A stretch of DNA of 64,000 nt from Vicinamibacterales bacterium (GTDB lineage: Bacteria > Acidobacteriota > Vicinamibacteria > Vicinamibacterales > 2-12-FULL-66-21), in the NCBI GenBank assembly GCA_036556425.1, contig DATBJJ010000025.1, positions 10,717 to 74,716 on the forward strand, read 5' to 3'. The notes under the pieces are model-generated. The model saw only the letters and a list, made by a program, of their open reading frames with translations. It was not told the DNA's origin and ran no database searches. Of the stretch, positions 37,309 to 46,998 are shown piece after piece. A program made the position numbers and the translations under genes. Each line of letters starts with the position of its first letter. Positions within the stretch are counted from its first letter, which is position 1.

Positions 37309-39051
37309 ATGCCGCAAACGAACACCGTTCATGACGTCGTCATCGTGGGATCGGGCGCCGGCGGAGGGACGGTCACCAAAGTGCTCGCCGATCTCGGCAT
37401 CTCCGTCCTGCTGCTCGAGGCCGGACCGATGCTGATCATGTCGGACCTCAAGGAGCACATGCTGCCGTATCACGTGCCGCACCGGGGCGCGGGCGCGAAG
37501 GGCGAGGCGTACACGGGCGGACGCACGGGCTTCACGTACAGCGCGACGTACGGCGGCGCCCAGCTCGACGGCGAGCCGTACACCGTCGCGCCCGGCAGCG
37601 ATTTCTCCTGGTTCCGATCGCGGATCCTCGGCGGACGCACGAACCACTACGGCCGCGTCACGCTGCGCTTCGCGGACTACGACTTCATGGGCAAGTCGAT
37701 CGACGGCCTCGGGTTCGACTGGCCGATCCGCTACGAAGATCTCGCGCCGTACTACGACAAAGCGGAAAACTTCATCGGCGTCGTCGGCACGGTCGAGAAG
37801 ATTCGCAGCGCGCCCGACGGCATCTTTCAGACGCCGGCGGCGCTGCGCGCGCACGATACGCTCGTGCAGCGCTCGTGCGCGAAGCTCGGTATTCGCGCCG
37901 TTCCCGCGCGGCAGGCCGTCATCACGCGCGCGACGAACGGCCGTCCGCCGTGCCACTACTGCGGCCAGTGCGGCCGCGGATGCATGACGGCCTCCAACTA
38001 CGCGGCGAGCTACGTGCAGATCTTCCCGGCGATGAAAACAGGACGCGTGCAAATCATCGCGAACGCGATGGCGCGCGAGCTCGTCACCGACGCGTCCGGC
38101 AAGGTCACCGCCGTCTCCTACATCGACAAGACCACTGGCAGCGAGCAGCAGGTGCGATGCCGAACCGTCGTTCTCGCCGCGAGCGCCTGCGAGTCGGCGC
38201 GCCTGCTCCTCAACTCGAAGTCGTCGCGCCATCCGCAAGGTCTCGCGAATTCCTCCGGCGTCGTCGGACGCTACTTGATGGACACCGTCGGATCGAGCTT
38301 GTCCGCGCACGTGCCGGCGCTGTCGGGGATGCCGCGCTACAACTCCGATGGCTACGGCAATCACGTCTACGTTCCGTGGTGGGGATGGGAGAAGCAGAAG
38401 GCGCTCGGCTTCCCTCGCGGGTATCACATCGAAGTCGGCGGCGGCTACGGCATGCCGAACATCGGATCGTTCACTGGCATTGCCAATCGCGCCGAAGGTT
38501 ACGGGACGAAGCTGAAACAGGCGATCCGCGACGAATACGGCACGTCGGTCGGCCTCTCGGGACGCGGCGAGATGATTCCGAACGAGCAGTCGTTCTGCGA
38601 GATCGATCCTGAAGTGAAGGATCGCTGGGGCATTCCGGTCCTCCGCTTCCATTGGGCGTGGAGCGATCACGAGCTCAATCAGGTCCGCCACATGCAGGAG
38701 ACGTTTCGCGCGATTCTCGAAGGGATGGGTGGACAGATCGCGACGGGCGGCGGACGCGGGGGCGGACGCGGCGCGGCGGCGGCCGGCGCCTCGCCGCAGG
38801 CTGCCGCGCGCCCGCCGATCTCGCGCGGCGGCGCGATCATCCACGAGGTCGGCACCGTGCGCATGGGCAACGATCCGAAGACCAGCCCGTTGAACAAGTA
38901 CTGCCAGGGACACGAGGTCAAGAATCTCTTCGTCGCCGACGGCGCGCCCTTCGTCACGAATCCCGACAAGAACCCGACCCACACCATCATCGCGCTCGCA
39001 TGGCGGACCGCCGACTACCTCGCGGAGGAAATGAGGAAGGGCAATGTCTGA
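37309..39051 (+). CDS. GMC family FAD oxidoreductase (glycoside 3-dehydrogenase/gluconate dehydrogenase large-subunit type)
   Basis: VIVGSGAGGG FAD motif, LGGRTNHY, CHYCGQCGRGC Fe-S motif, IHEVGTVRMG, KNPTHTI. Confidence 0.93.
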   Translation: MPQTNTVHDVVIVGSGAGGGTVTKVLADLGISVLLLEAGPMLIMSDLKEHMLPYHVPHRGAGAKGEAYTGGRTGFTYSATYGGAQLDGEPYTVAPGSDFSWFRSRILGGRTNHYGRVTLRFADYDFMGKSIDGLGFDWPIRYEDLAPYYDKAENFIGVVGTVEKIRSAPDGIFQTPAALRAHDTLVQRSCAKLGIRAVPARQAVITRATNGRPPCHYCGQCGRGCMTASNYAASYVQIFPAMKTGRVQIIANAMARELVTDASGKVTAVSYIDKTTGSEQQVRCRTVVLAASACESARLLLNSKSSRHPQGLANSSGVVGRYLMDTVGSSLSAHVPALSGMPRYNSDGYGNHVYVPWWGWEKQKALGFPRGYHIEVGGGYGMPNIGSFTGIANRAEGYGTKLKQAIRDEYGTSVGLSGRGEMIPNEQSFCEIDPEVKDRWGIPVLRFHWAWSDHELNQVRHMQETFRAILEGMGGQIATGGGRGGGRGAAAAGASPQAAARPPISRGGAIIHEVGTVRMGNDPKTSPLNKYCQGHEVKNLFVADGAPFVTNPDKNPTHTIIALAWRTADYLAEEMRKGNV

Positions 39052-39640
39052 GATCTCCAGACGCGACGCGGTGCGCAGGCTGGCGATGGCAATCGCCGCG
39101 ACCGGCGTCGTCGATCGCGCGGCGGCGCAGGACGTGCACTCGATGACTGCCGCGGCGCAGGCGGCGTCCGGCGGCTCGTATGCGCCGAAGGCGTTCACCG
39201 CGGATCAATTCCGCACGCTCGAGCGGCTGACGGATTTGATCATTCCGGTCGAGAACGGCGCGCCGGGCGCGGTCGCGGCGGGCGCCGCCGCTTGGATCGA
39301 CATGATCTCCAGCGAGAACGATCAATTGAAGACGATCTACGGCAACGGATTCACGTGGATCGATGCGGCGATGAAGCAGCGCGGGGCCGCAAGCTTCGTC
39401 AGCGCCACGCCCGAACAGCAGACCGCGCTGCTCGATCTCATCGCGTACCGCCGCAATCAATCGCCCGAGCTCTCGCCGGGGATCGAGTTCTTCTCGTGGG
39501 TCCGGCGGATGACGGTCGACGCGTTCTACACCAGCGAGATCGGGATCAAGGACATCGACTATCGCGGCAACCGTCCGATGGGGTCCTATCCGTCGCCGGA
39601 AGAGTCGATCGCGTACGCGGTGAAGAAGGCCGGGCTCTAA
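39044..39640 (+). CDS. Gluconate 2-dehydrogenase subunit 3 family protein (Tat small subunit)
   Basis: SRRDAV twin-arginine signal, L..LTDLIIP....PGA, FF..VRRMTVDAFYTSEIG...YRGN; overlaps the GMC stop. Confidence 0.92.
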   Translation: MSEISRRDAVRRLAMAIAATGVVDRAAAQDVHSMTAAAQAASGGSYAPKAFTADQFRTLERLTDLIIPVENGAPGAVAAGAAAWIDMISSENDQLKTIYGNGFTWIDAAMKQRGAASFVSATPEQQTALLDLIAYRRNQSPELSPGIEFFSWVRRMTVDAFYTSEIGIKDIDYRGNRPMGSYPSPEESIAYAVKKAGL

Positions 39641-40813
39641 CTACTTGCCATTCCAATACGCGTTCTGCCCGACGTAGTCGTCGTCGGGAAAGCTCGCGAG
39701 GATCGTGCGGCGCGCGCGCAAGATGTCGAGCCGCCCGTTGCTCCTGTGCAACACCTTCCCGTCCGGCGCGACGATCACCGAGTAGGGAACGCCTCCGCTC
39801 CAATCGGGATCGAACGCCTGCACGAGCTCCGATGGGTCCATCGTCGACGGCAGATAGTTCTTCGTCGACGCGTGCTGGGATTCGAGGAACGTACGCACTG
39901 CCTTCTCCTCGTCCGGATAGTTCACGCTGAAGGTGACGAGCTCGAACGGGCGCTTGCGATACATGCGCCACGTGTTCTGCAGATCCGGAAACTCCTCGAC
40001 GCACGGCGCGCACCACGTGGCCCAGAAGTTGACGAGGAGCGTCTTCCCCGTCGTGTTCTTCCGCAGCGCCTTGATCGCGTCGACGCTCAGCTTCTCGAGC
40101 GGCACCGTCTCTTTCGCAAACCTCGCCTGCTCCGCGTCGTGCGACGCCGCGTGTGCCTTGTCGAGCCACTTCACGGAGCATCCGATCGCCGGAGTCCGCT
40201 CGACGGGAACGGCAGTGCCCGACAGCAGCGCGTCGATCGCGTGTCGCGCGTGCGGCACCGTCGCGAGCGCCTCGCGCGGATTACTGTCGATCCGCCCGTG
40301 ATAGCGAAGCTTGCGTTCGCGATCGAAGAGAAAGACGTGCGGCGTGGCGACCGGTCCGTACGCTTTCGAGATCTCCTGGGTCTCGCCGTCGTAGAGGAAT
40401 GGGAAATTGAACTTCCGATGAGCGGCGCGCACTTTCATGTCGTCGAGCGAGTCGCCGAGATCCGTGTAGCCCATCTCGTCGAGCCGCAGCGCGCGCGCGT
40501 TGTTCGGCTGGATCACGGCGAACGCGACGCCCTTCCCTCGATAGTCCGACACGAGCTGCTTCAGGCGATTCTCGTAAACCTCTGCCGTCGGACAGTGCAC
40601 GGCGGTGAACACCACCGCGAGCAGCTTGCTCGACTTGAAGCTGTCGAGGGTGTACGTCTTCCCGTCGACGCCGGTCAGCTTGAAATTGGGCGCCGGTGCG
40701 CCAATCGCGAGCGGCTGCGGCGTGGTGCTCGTCTCTTGGCCGGCGGCGAAGCCGAAGGCTTCAATCCCTCCGACTGCGAGAACGATGGCGGGAACCAGGC
40801 GGTTGAAGCGCAT
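39641..40813 (-). CDS. Exported tandem redoxin (AhpC/TSA-like plus TlpA-like thioredoxin domains)
   Basis: GAPAPNFKLTGVDGK, HCPTA, TPHVFLFD, AIGCSVKW; second domain NFWATWCAPC. Confidence 0.9.
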   Translation of the reverse strand: MRFNRLVPAIVLAVGGIEAFGFAAGQETSTTPQPLAIGAPAPNFKLTGVDGKTYTLDSFKSSKLLAVVFTAVHCPTAEVYENRLKQLVSDYRGKGVAFAVIQPNNARALRLDEMGYTDLGDSLDDMKVRAAHRKFNFPFLYDGETQEISKAYGPVATPHVFLFDRERKLRYHGRIDSNPREALATVPHARHAIDALLSGTAVPVERTPAIGCSVKWLDKAHAASHDAEQARFAKETVPLEKLSVDAIKALRKNTTGKTLLVNFWATWCAPCVEEFPDLQNTWRMYRKRPFELVTFSVNYPDEEKAVRTFLESQHASTKNYLPSTMDPSELVQAFDPDWSGGVPYSVIVAPDGKVLHRSNGRLDILRARRTILASFPDDDYVGQNAYWNGK

Positions 40814-40815
40814 CT

Positions 40816-40867
40816 GAACCCCCGAGCAACCGAACGCCCGAGCTTCCGAACGACCGAACTTCCGAGC
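40816..40867. repeat. Degenerate 8-nt tandem repeat (CCGA[A/G]Cnn)
   Basis: About 6 units: CCGAGCAA CCGAACGC CCGAGCTT CCGAACGA CCGAACTT CCGAGC, directly upstream of the redoxin start. Confidence 0.8.
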
Positions 40868-40933
40868 TGCATCTTACCCAAAGTTGCGTAGAATCCGGTC
40901 GGCAATATCGCACCATCCTTCGGGGAGGAGAGC

Positions 40934-43900
40934 ATGAGCACATGGAGGGACCGCACAGGTCTGGCGGGTGTGCTGATCGCGCTGGCCGTTGGCGTCGCCC
41001 CGCTGGCGGCGCAAGTCACGACGGGGACGCTCACGGGCACGATCAAGGACGCGCAAGGCGCCGTGATCCCCGGCGCGACGGTCACGCTGACGAGCGACAC
41101 GCGCGGCACGGAGCTTCCGCCCGTCGTCACGAACACCAACGGCGACTTCACGTTCGTGAACGTCGCACCCGACACGTACACGATTCAAGTCACGCTCCAA
41201 GGATTCAAGACGCTGAAGCGGAACGGCGTTCCGGTCAGCGCGGGCGACCGATACGCGATCGGATCGCTCACGCTCGAAGTCGGCGGCCTCACCGACACCG
41301 TGCAGGTCACCGGCGAGGCCTCGGCGATTCAAGCGTCGAGCGGCGAGCGTTCGTTCACGGTCAGCCGCGAAGCCGTCGAGAGCCTTCCCATCGAGAGCCG
41401 CAGCTACATGGCGCTTGCCGTCCTCGCGCCGGGCGTCACGCTCGACGGCAACGGCACGCCGGCGCGAATCGGCGGCGGCGGCGATCCGAACATCATGATG
41501 GACGGCGTGTCCGCGATGGACACGGGCAGCAACCGCCCGCTGCTGCAGATGAACGTCGAGTCGATCGCCGAAGTCAAAGTGTTGACCTCCGGCTATCAGG
41601 CTGAATACGGGCGCGCGAGCGGCGTGCAGGTGACGGCGATCACGAAGAGCGGCACGAACCGGTTCCGCGGATCGTTCTACGACGTCGAGCGCGATTCCGA
41701 TTGGTACTCGAACTCGAAGACGAACAAGCTGAATGGCGATCCGAAACCGGTCTTGAAGGAGCGCGACTGGGGCTATTCGATTGGCGGGCCGATCGGAAAG
41801 TCGGGCGGCAACAACAAGCTGTTCTTCTTCTATAGCCAGGAATTCGCGCCGCGCACCGCCGGCAACAACGTCGTCCGCTTCCGGATGCCGACCGCGCTCG
41901 AGCGCGCCGGCGACTTCTCGCAGACGACCGACAACAACGGCAACCTGTATCCGTTCATCAAGGATCCGTTGCTGAGCGGCGCGTGCAACGCGACCGATCA
42001 GACCGCCTGCTTCCGCGACGGCGGGGTGCTCGGGAGGATTCCCGCGAATCGTGTCTACGATGTCGGGTTGAACATCCTCAAGCTGTATCCGCTGCCGAAC
42101 ATCTCGAACGTGCCGGCCGGTCAGAACTACAACTTCGAGCTGAGGCGTCCCGAGGAAAGCGTGCTCTCGTGGCAGCCGGCCGCGCGCGTCGACTATCAGC
42201 CGTTCCGCCAGCTGCGGGCGAGCTTCAAGTACTCCGCGTGGAAACAGCGCGATCAGGTGTTCAACGGAACGATCCCAGGCTTCAACGACACGCGCATGCA
42301 AAACGCGCCCGTCGTGAGCTGGACGACGTCGGTCAACTACACGATGACGCCGACGATGTTCCTCGAGGCGACGTTCGGGCACAGCCAAAACGAGTTGGCG
42401 GGCTGCGCGCAGGCGCAGTCGGCGACCGGCGCCATCTTCTGCAACAACGCAGGTGGAACCGCGGGGCTGCAGGTCACGCCGTTCGCGTCGCTCGCCGGCG
42501 CGAATCTGCAGGCGCTTCCGTTCCTATTCCCGGACGCAACCGTGCTCGATCCGAATTACTACGCGGTCGAGGCGTTGAACCAGGTGCAGCCGGCGTTCTG
42601 GGACGGCACGCGCGTCTCCAAAGTGCCGACATTCCAGTGGGGCGGGCGCGTGGCGAACGCGCCGCCGACCCTCGGCTTCCCGGGCTGGTTGAACATCAAC
42701 TCGACGCATGACTTCGCAATCAGCCTGACGAAGATCCAAGGACGCCACACGATCAAGACCGGCTTCTACACGACGCACAGCTACAAGGCCGAGCAGGTCG
42801 GCAACCAGGCCTTCGGCACGATCAACTTCCAGCAGGATGCCGTCGGCACCAACCCGTTCGATACGTCGTTCGGTTTCTCCAATGCCGCGATTGGCGCGTT
42901 CAGCTCGTTCCAGCAGGCGCAGCGATACATCGAGACCAACTCGGTCTATCGCAATGTCGACTTCTACGTGCAGGACAACTGGAAGGTGAACAACCGTTTG
43001 ACGCTCGACTACGGCATGCGCTTCGTCCATCAGGGCGCGCAGTACGACAAGCTCGGTCAGGCGTCGAACTTCCTGCCCGATCGATGGTCGGTCTCGAGCG
43101 CGCCGGCCATCTACACCGCCGCCTGTCTCACGACCTCGCCGTGCACCGGCAACAATCGCGTGGCGGTGAACCCGTTGACCGGACGGAACCTCGGTCCGGG
43201 CAGCTCGGTTGCGATCGGCACGCTGGTTCCTGGGAGCGGCAATCTGCTGAACGGGTTGTTCCTGCCGGGCGGCGAGATTCCGAAGGCCACGTATGAGGCA
43301 CCGATGCTCTCGCTCGGTCCACGCTTCGGCGCGGCGTACGATCTGACTGGTAGACAGAAGCTGATCGTCCGCGGCGGCGCCGGCCTCTTCTACGATCGTC
43401 CGTTCACGACGGCGCTGTCCGGCGGCGTCAACAATCCGCCCACATCGTCGATCGTCACCGCGCAGTTCAGCACGCTGCAGACGCTCGGCGGCTCCGGCTT
43501 GAGCATTCTCGGCGCGCCGAGCCTGACCGGGGTGAACTTCGACTCCAAGATTCCCGCGTCGGCGCAGTGGAACGTCGGCATGCAGGCGGCGCTGCCATGG
43601 GCGACGACGGTCGACCTCTCGTACGTCGGTCAGCACGGATACGACCTCTTGCAGCAGGTGAACATCAACGCCATCGATTTCGGTTCGACGTTCCTGACCG
43701 CGAACCAGGATCCGACGCTCGCGGCGAGCACGACGCCCGGCGCGACGGCGGTCACCAACAATCTGATGCGCGGGTTCAAGGGCTACGGCAACATCAACCT
43801 GTTCTGGAACCGCGGCTGGCGAACGTATCACTCGCTTCAGTTGTCGTTCCAGCGGCGCTTCCAGAACGGTCTGTCATTCGGGTTCAACGACGTGGTTGGT

Positions 43901-44689
43901 CTGTCGGATCGCCAGCAGGCCGGTGTCCGGCTGCAGCACAATCCCGATGGGTCGTACTTCATTCGCGACGATCAGGGCGAAGCCGATCGGCTATTGGGCA
44001 ACAACAACCCCGTGCGAAACGTCCTGCGCGCGAACTTCATCTGGGATCTTCCGGATCTCCGCAGCACGCAGTCCGGACTCAAGGCCATCGGTCACGTGCT
44101 GAACGACTGGCAGGTCTCCGGCATCTGGTCGGGACAGCGGCGCGGCGCGAACGTGACCGCCGGCAACGTCTCGATCCCGAGCAGCGCGTACACCGTCGGC
44201 TTCAGCTATCAGAACGGCGGCGGCAACCAGAATCTGACCGGCTCGCCGGACTATGGCGCGCGTGTGTCGGTGGTGGGCGATGCGGGCAAGGGCTGTTCGG
44301 ACAATCTCCTGATGCAGTTCACCACGTCGGCCTTCCGCGGCCCGGCCGTGGGGAGCGTCGGACTCGAATCGCCGAACGACTACCTCACGGCGTGCTTCAT
44401 CAGCGCGCTCGATCTCGCGATTCGGCGCAACATCCGCCTCGGCGGCTCGCGCGTCCTCGAGCTGCGTGTCGACATGTTCAACGCGCTCAACCAGGCCGGC
44501 ATCACCGGCCGCAACACGACGATGAACTTGACGAATCCGAACGATCCGCTGACGGTCCAAAACCTGCCGTTCAACGCGGACGGCACGGTGATCGATTCGC
44601 GTTCGCGGCCGCGCGGCGCCGGATTCGGCGTGGCGACCGGGTTCCAGAATCCACGCACCGTACAGTTGCAGTTCCGCTTCTCGTTCTAA
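40934..44689 (+). CDS. TonB-dependent receptor, Oar-like
   Basis: Signal peptide, GTIKDAQGAVIPGATV, TDTVQV, YQAEYGRASG, YVQDNWKV, ends FRFSF; GGAGGAG RBS and upstream TAGAAT. Confidence 0.94.
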   Translation: MSTWRDRTGLAGVLIALAVGVAPLAAQVTTGTLTGTIKDAQGAVIPGATVTLTSDTRGTELPPVVTNTNGDFTFVNVAPDTYTIQVTLQGFKTLKRNGVPVSAGDRYAIGSLTLEVGGLTDTVQVTGEASAIQASSGERSFTVSREAVESLPIESRSYMALAVLAPGVTLDGNGTPARIGGGGDPNIMMDGVSAMDTGSNRPLLQMNVESIAEVKVLTSGYQAEYGRASGVQVTAITKSGTNRFRGSFYDVERDSDWYSNSKTNKLNGDPKPVLKERDWGYSIGGPIGKSGGNNKLFFFYSQEFAPRTAGNNVVRFRMPTALERAGDFSQTTDNNGNLYPFIKDPLLSGACNATDQTACFRDGGVLGRIPANRVYDVGLNILKLYPLPNISNVPAGQNYNFELRRPEESVLSWQPAARVDYQPFRQLRASFKYSAWKQRDQVFNGTIPGFNDTRMQNAPVVSWTTSVNYTMTPTMFLEATFGHSQNELAGCAQAQSATGAIFCNNAGGTAGLQVTPFASLAGANLQALPFLFPDATVLDPNYYAVEALNQVQPAFWDGTRVSKVPTFQWGGRVANAPPTLGFPGWLNINSTHDFAISLTKIQGRHTIKTGFYTTHSYKAEQVGNQAFGTINFQQDAVGTNPFDTSFGFSNAAIGAFSSFQQAQRYIETNSVYRNVDFYVQDNWKVNNRLTLDYGMRFVHQGAQYDKLGQASNFLPDRWSVSSAPAIYTAACLTTSPCTGNNRVAVNPLTGRNLGPGSSVAIGTLVPGSGNLLNGLFLPGGEIPKATYEAPMLSLGPRFGAAYDLTGRQKLIVRGGAGLFYDRPFTTALSGGVNNPPTSSIVTAQFSTLQTLGGSGLSILGAPSLTGVNFDSKIPASAQWNVGMQAALPWATTVDLSYVGQHGYDLLQQVNINAIDFGSTFLTANQDPTLAASTTPGATAVTNNLMRGFKGYGNINLFWNRGWRTYHSLQLSFQRRFQNGLSFGFNDVVGLSDRQQAGVRLQHNPDGSYFIRDDQGEADRLLGNNNPVRNVLRANFIWDLPDLRSTQSGLKAIGHVLNDWQVSGIWSGQRRGANVTAGNVSIPSSAYTVGFSYQNGGGNQNLTGSPDYGARVSVVGDAGKGCSDNLLMQFTTSAFRGPAVGSVGLESPNDYLTACFISALDLAIRRNIRLGGSRVLELRVDMFNALNQAGITGRNTTMNLTNPNDPLTVQNLPFNADGTVIDSRSRPRGAGFGVATGFQNPRTVQLQFRFSF

Positions 44690-44797
44690 CGGGATCCGGG
44701 ATCCGGGGTCCGGGATTCGGGAGAGCATCCCGATCACAATCGAGTGATTGTGTTCAGAAGGCTCTTCCGGATCCCGGATCCCGGATCCCGAATCCCG
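44690..44797. repeat. Inverted pair of 7-nt tandem arrays (GGGATCC / GGATCCC) enclosing an inner hairpin
   Basis: Arms 44690-44721 and 44767-44797; inner CACAATC-GAGT-GATTGTG stem; begins right after the receptor stop codon. Confidence 0.9.
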
Positions 44798-44839
44798 CTC
44801 GGTTGACATCAGTGCTGCGGCTGTTCCACTCTGTGCGCC

Positions 44840-45856
44840 ATGAAGGCGCTTGCCACAATTGCGGTCCTCTCCCTCCTCGCGGCCGCCGCTGCGGCGCGGC
44901 AGGGCACCAAGCAAGGAAGTCCCGAAGAGCGCCTGCCGTCCAACATCCAGCGCCTGACCCATTTCGGCGAGCGCGCGTCCTGGTCGCCCGACGGCAAGCG
45001 CATCGCGTTCATGGAGAAAAGCTTCGGCGACGTCTACGAGGTCGACGTCGACACCAAGGTCATCCGTCTTCTGACCCATTTTCCGCATCCCGGGTTTCTC
45101 CGCGCGCAGTTCCTCTCGAACGGCGATTACTTTCTGATCGGCGCGCGGACGTTCACCGACATTCAGACGACGCGGAACAGGGATCAGGAGATGTGGATCC
45201 TGAGCGCGTCGGCCAAACCCGGCGATCGTCCGGTGGCGCTCGATCACAAGATCTCCGAAGGCGTCGCGATCTCGCGCACGTCGATGAAGATCGCCTGGTC
45301 GAACACGCGCGGCCAGTACCCGGAGCTCCCGCAGAACGAGTCCGTGATCTACGTCGCCGACATCGTGAACGAAGGAGGACAGCCGAAGCTCGCCAACAAG
45401 AAGGAAGCGATCCGCGCGAAGTCGCCGGAGTGCACGCTCGAGGCGCAGGACTTCCGGAAGAACGACACCGAGTTGATCTACACGTGTTATCGATCGCCTT
45501 TCGCGGACGTGTTAGGCGTCGAGCTCGCGACCGGCAAGACGACCGTCTATCGCAAGCTTGCTGGAGAGTACAACGAGGTCGAGGGCATCTTCCCGGACGG
45601 CGAGTACGCGCTCGTCGAGTCCAGCCGCGAGCAGTCGCAGCAGAACTCGAACTACATCGACATCTGGAAACTGAAGCTGGAGCCGGATAGCCGCGACTTC
45701 ACGCGCGTGACTCGGTGGGGCGAATATCCCGGCTACAAGGCCTCGAATCCCGTCGTCAGCCCCGACGGCTGGCGCATCGCGTTCCAGTCGGCGCGCAGCA
45801 AGGATGCCGCCGGCGTCGGCTACGGCATCTTCGTCCTCGATCTCAGACTTCGCTGA
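44840..45856 (+). CDS. Exported TolB-like/WD40 (PD40) beta-propeller protein
   Basis: Signal peptide, ASWSPDGKRIAF and NPVVSPDGWRIAFQS repeats. Confidence 0.8.
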   Translation: MKALATIAVLSLLAAAAAARQGTKQGSPEERLPSNIQRLTHFGERASWSPDGKRIAFMEKSFGDVYEVDVDTKVIRLLTHFPHPGFLRAQFLSNGDYFLIGARTFTDIQTTRNRDQEMWILSASAKPGDRPVALDHKISEGVAISRTSMKIAWSNTRGQYPELPQNESVIYVADIVNEGGQPKLANKKEAIRAKSPECTLEAQDFRKNDTELIYTCYRSPFADVLGVELATGKTTVYRKLAGEYNEVEGIFPDGEYALVESSREQSQQNSNYIDIWKLKLEPDSRDFTRVTRWGEYPGYKASNPVVSPDGWRIAFQSARSKDAAGVGYGIFVLDLRLR

Positions 45857-45870
45857 AAGGCTACGACCCC

Positions 45871-46989
45871 ATGACGACCCGTCACCGCATTCTGTGCGCG
45901 CTGCTGTTCTTGATCGCGCTCGTGTCCGCGACCGCGCGTTCGCCAATAGACGCGAGCGAAGGCCGGCACTACCTCTACGTCGCCACGCCGGGAATCCGGA
46001 ACTACGTCGAGTACGGCGGCCTGGGGCTCATCGTCTACGACATGGACAACGGTCACAAGTTCGTCAAGCGCATTCCAACCTTCGACGTGCCGGCCGAGGG
46101 GCAGCAGCCAGAGAACGTCAAGGGCGTGGCGGCGAGCGCGAAGACGGGACGCATCTACGTGTCGACGATCAAGCGCCTCGGCGCGTTCGATCTCGTGACG
46201 GGCGCGCGCATCTGGGTGAAGGAGTACGAGGGCGGCGCGGATCGAATGGCCCTGTCTCCCGACGGCAAGATCCTGTACCTTCCGTCGCTCGAAGGTCCGC
46301 ACTGGCACGCCGTCGACGCGATGACCGGCGACGTGTTGAAGAAGATCGTCGTCAACTCCGGAGCACACAACACGGTCTACGGCCCCGACGGGAAGCGCGT
46401 CTACCTCGCGGGCCTGCGATCGCCGCTGCTGTCGATTGCCGATCCGTCGACGCACACCGTCATCGGCACCGTGGGACCGTTCAGCAATTCGATCCGGCCG
46501 TTCACGATCAACGCGAAGCAAACGCTGTGCTTCGTCAACGTCAACGAGCTGCTCGGGTTCGAGATCGGAGATATCAAGACCGGCAAGATGCTCCACCGCG
46601 TGACCGTCGAGGGCTTCGAGAAGGGACCGGTGAAGCGCCACGGCTGCCCGAGCCACGGCGTCGGTCTCACGCCGGATGAGAAAGAGATCTGGCTCGCCGA
46701 CGGCGCCAACAGCCGGGTCCACGTCTTCGACGCGACGGTGATGCCGCCGAAGCAAGGCGTGAGCATCGCGCTGCGCGATCAGCCAGGCTGGGTGACGTTC
46801 AGCCTCGACGGGCGCTACGCCTATCCGTCGACCGGAGAGATCATCGACACGAAGACGAAGAAGATCGTCGCCGCGCTGCAGGACGAGAACGGCCGGATGG
46901 TGCAGAGCGAAAAAGTCGTCGAGGTCGTGATCTCCGGCAGCAAGGTGACGGAGACCGGCGATCAATTCGGCATCGGCCGCCGGCGCTGA
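45871..46989 (+). CDS. Exported YncE/YVTN-family beta-propeller protein
   Basis: Signal peptide from ATG 45871; ALSPDGKILY, GPDGKRVY, HGVGLTPDEKEIW, FSLDGRYAY blades. Confidence 0.82.
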   Translation: MTTRHRILCALLFLIALVSATARSPIDASEGRHYLYVATPGIRNYVEYGGLGLIVYDMDNGHKFVKRIPTFDVPAEGQQPENVKGVAASAKTGRIYVSTIKRLGAFDLVTGARIWVKEYEGGADRMALSPDGKILYLPSLEGPHWHAVDAMTGDVLKKIVVNSGAHNTVYGPDGKRVYLAGLRSPLLSIADPSTHTVIGTVGPFSNSIRPFTINAKQTLCFVNVNELLGFEIGDIKTGKMLHRVTVEGFEKGPVKRHGCPSHGVGLTPDEKEIWLADGANSRVHVFDATVMPPKQGVSIALRDQPGWVTFSLDGRYAYPSTGEIIDTKTKKIVAALQDENGRMVQSEKVVEVVISGSKVTETGDQFGIGRRR

Positions 46990-46998
46990 CCGACTGCG

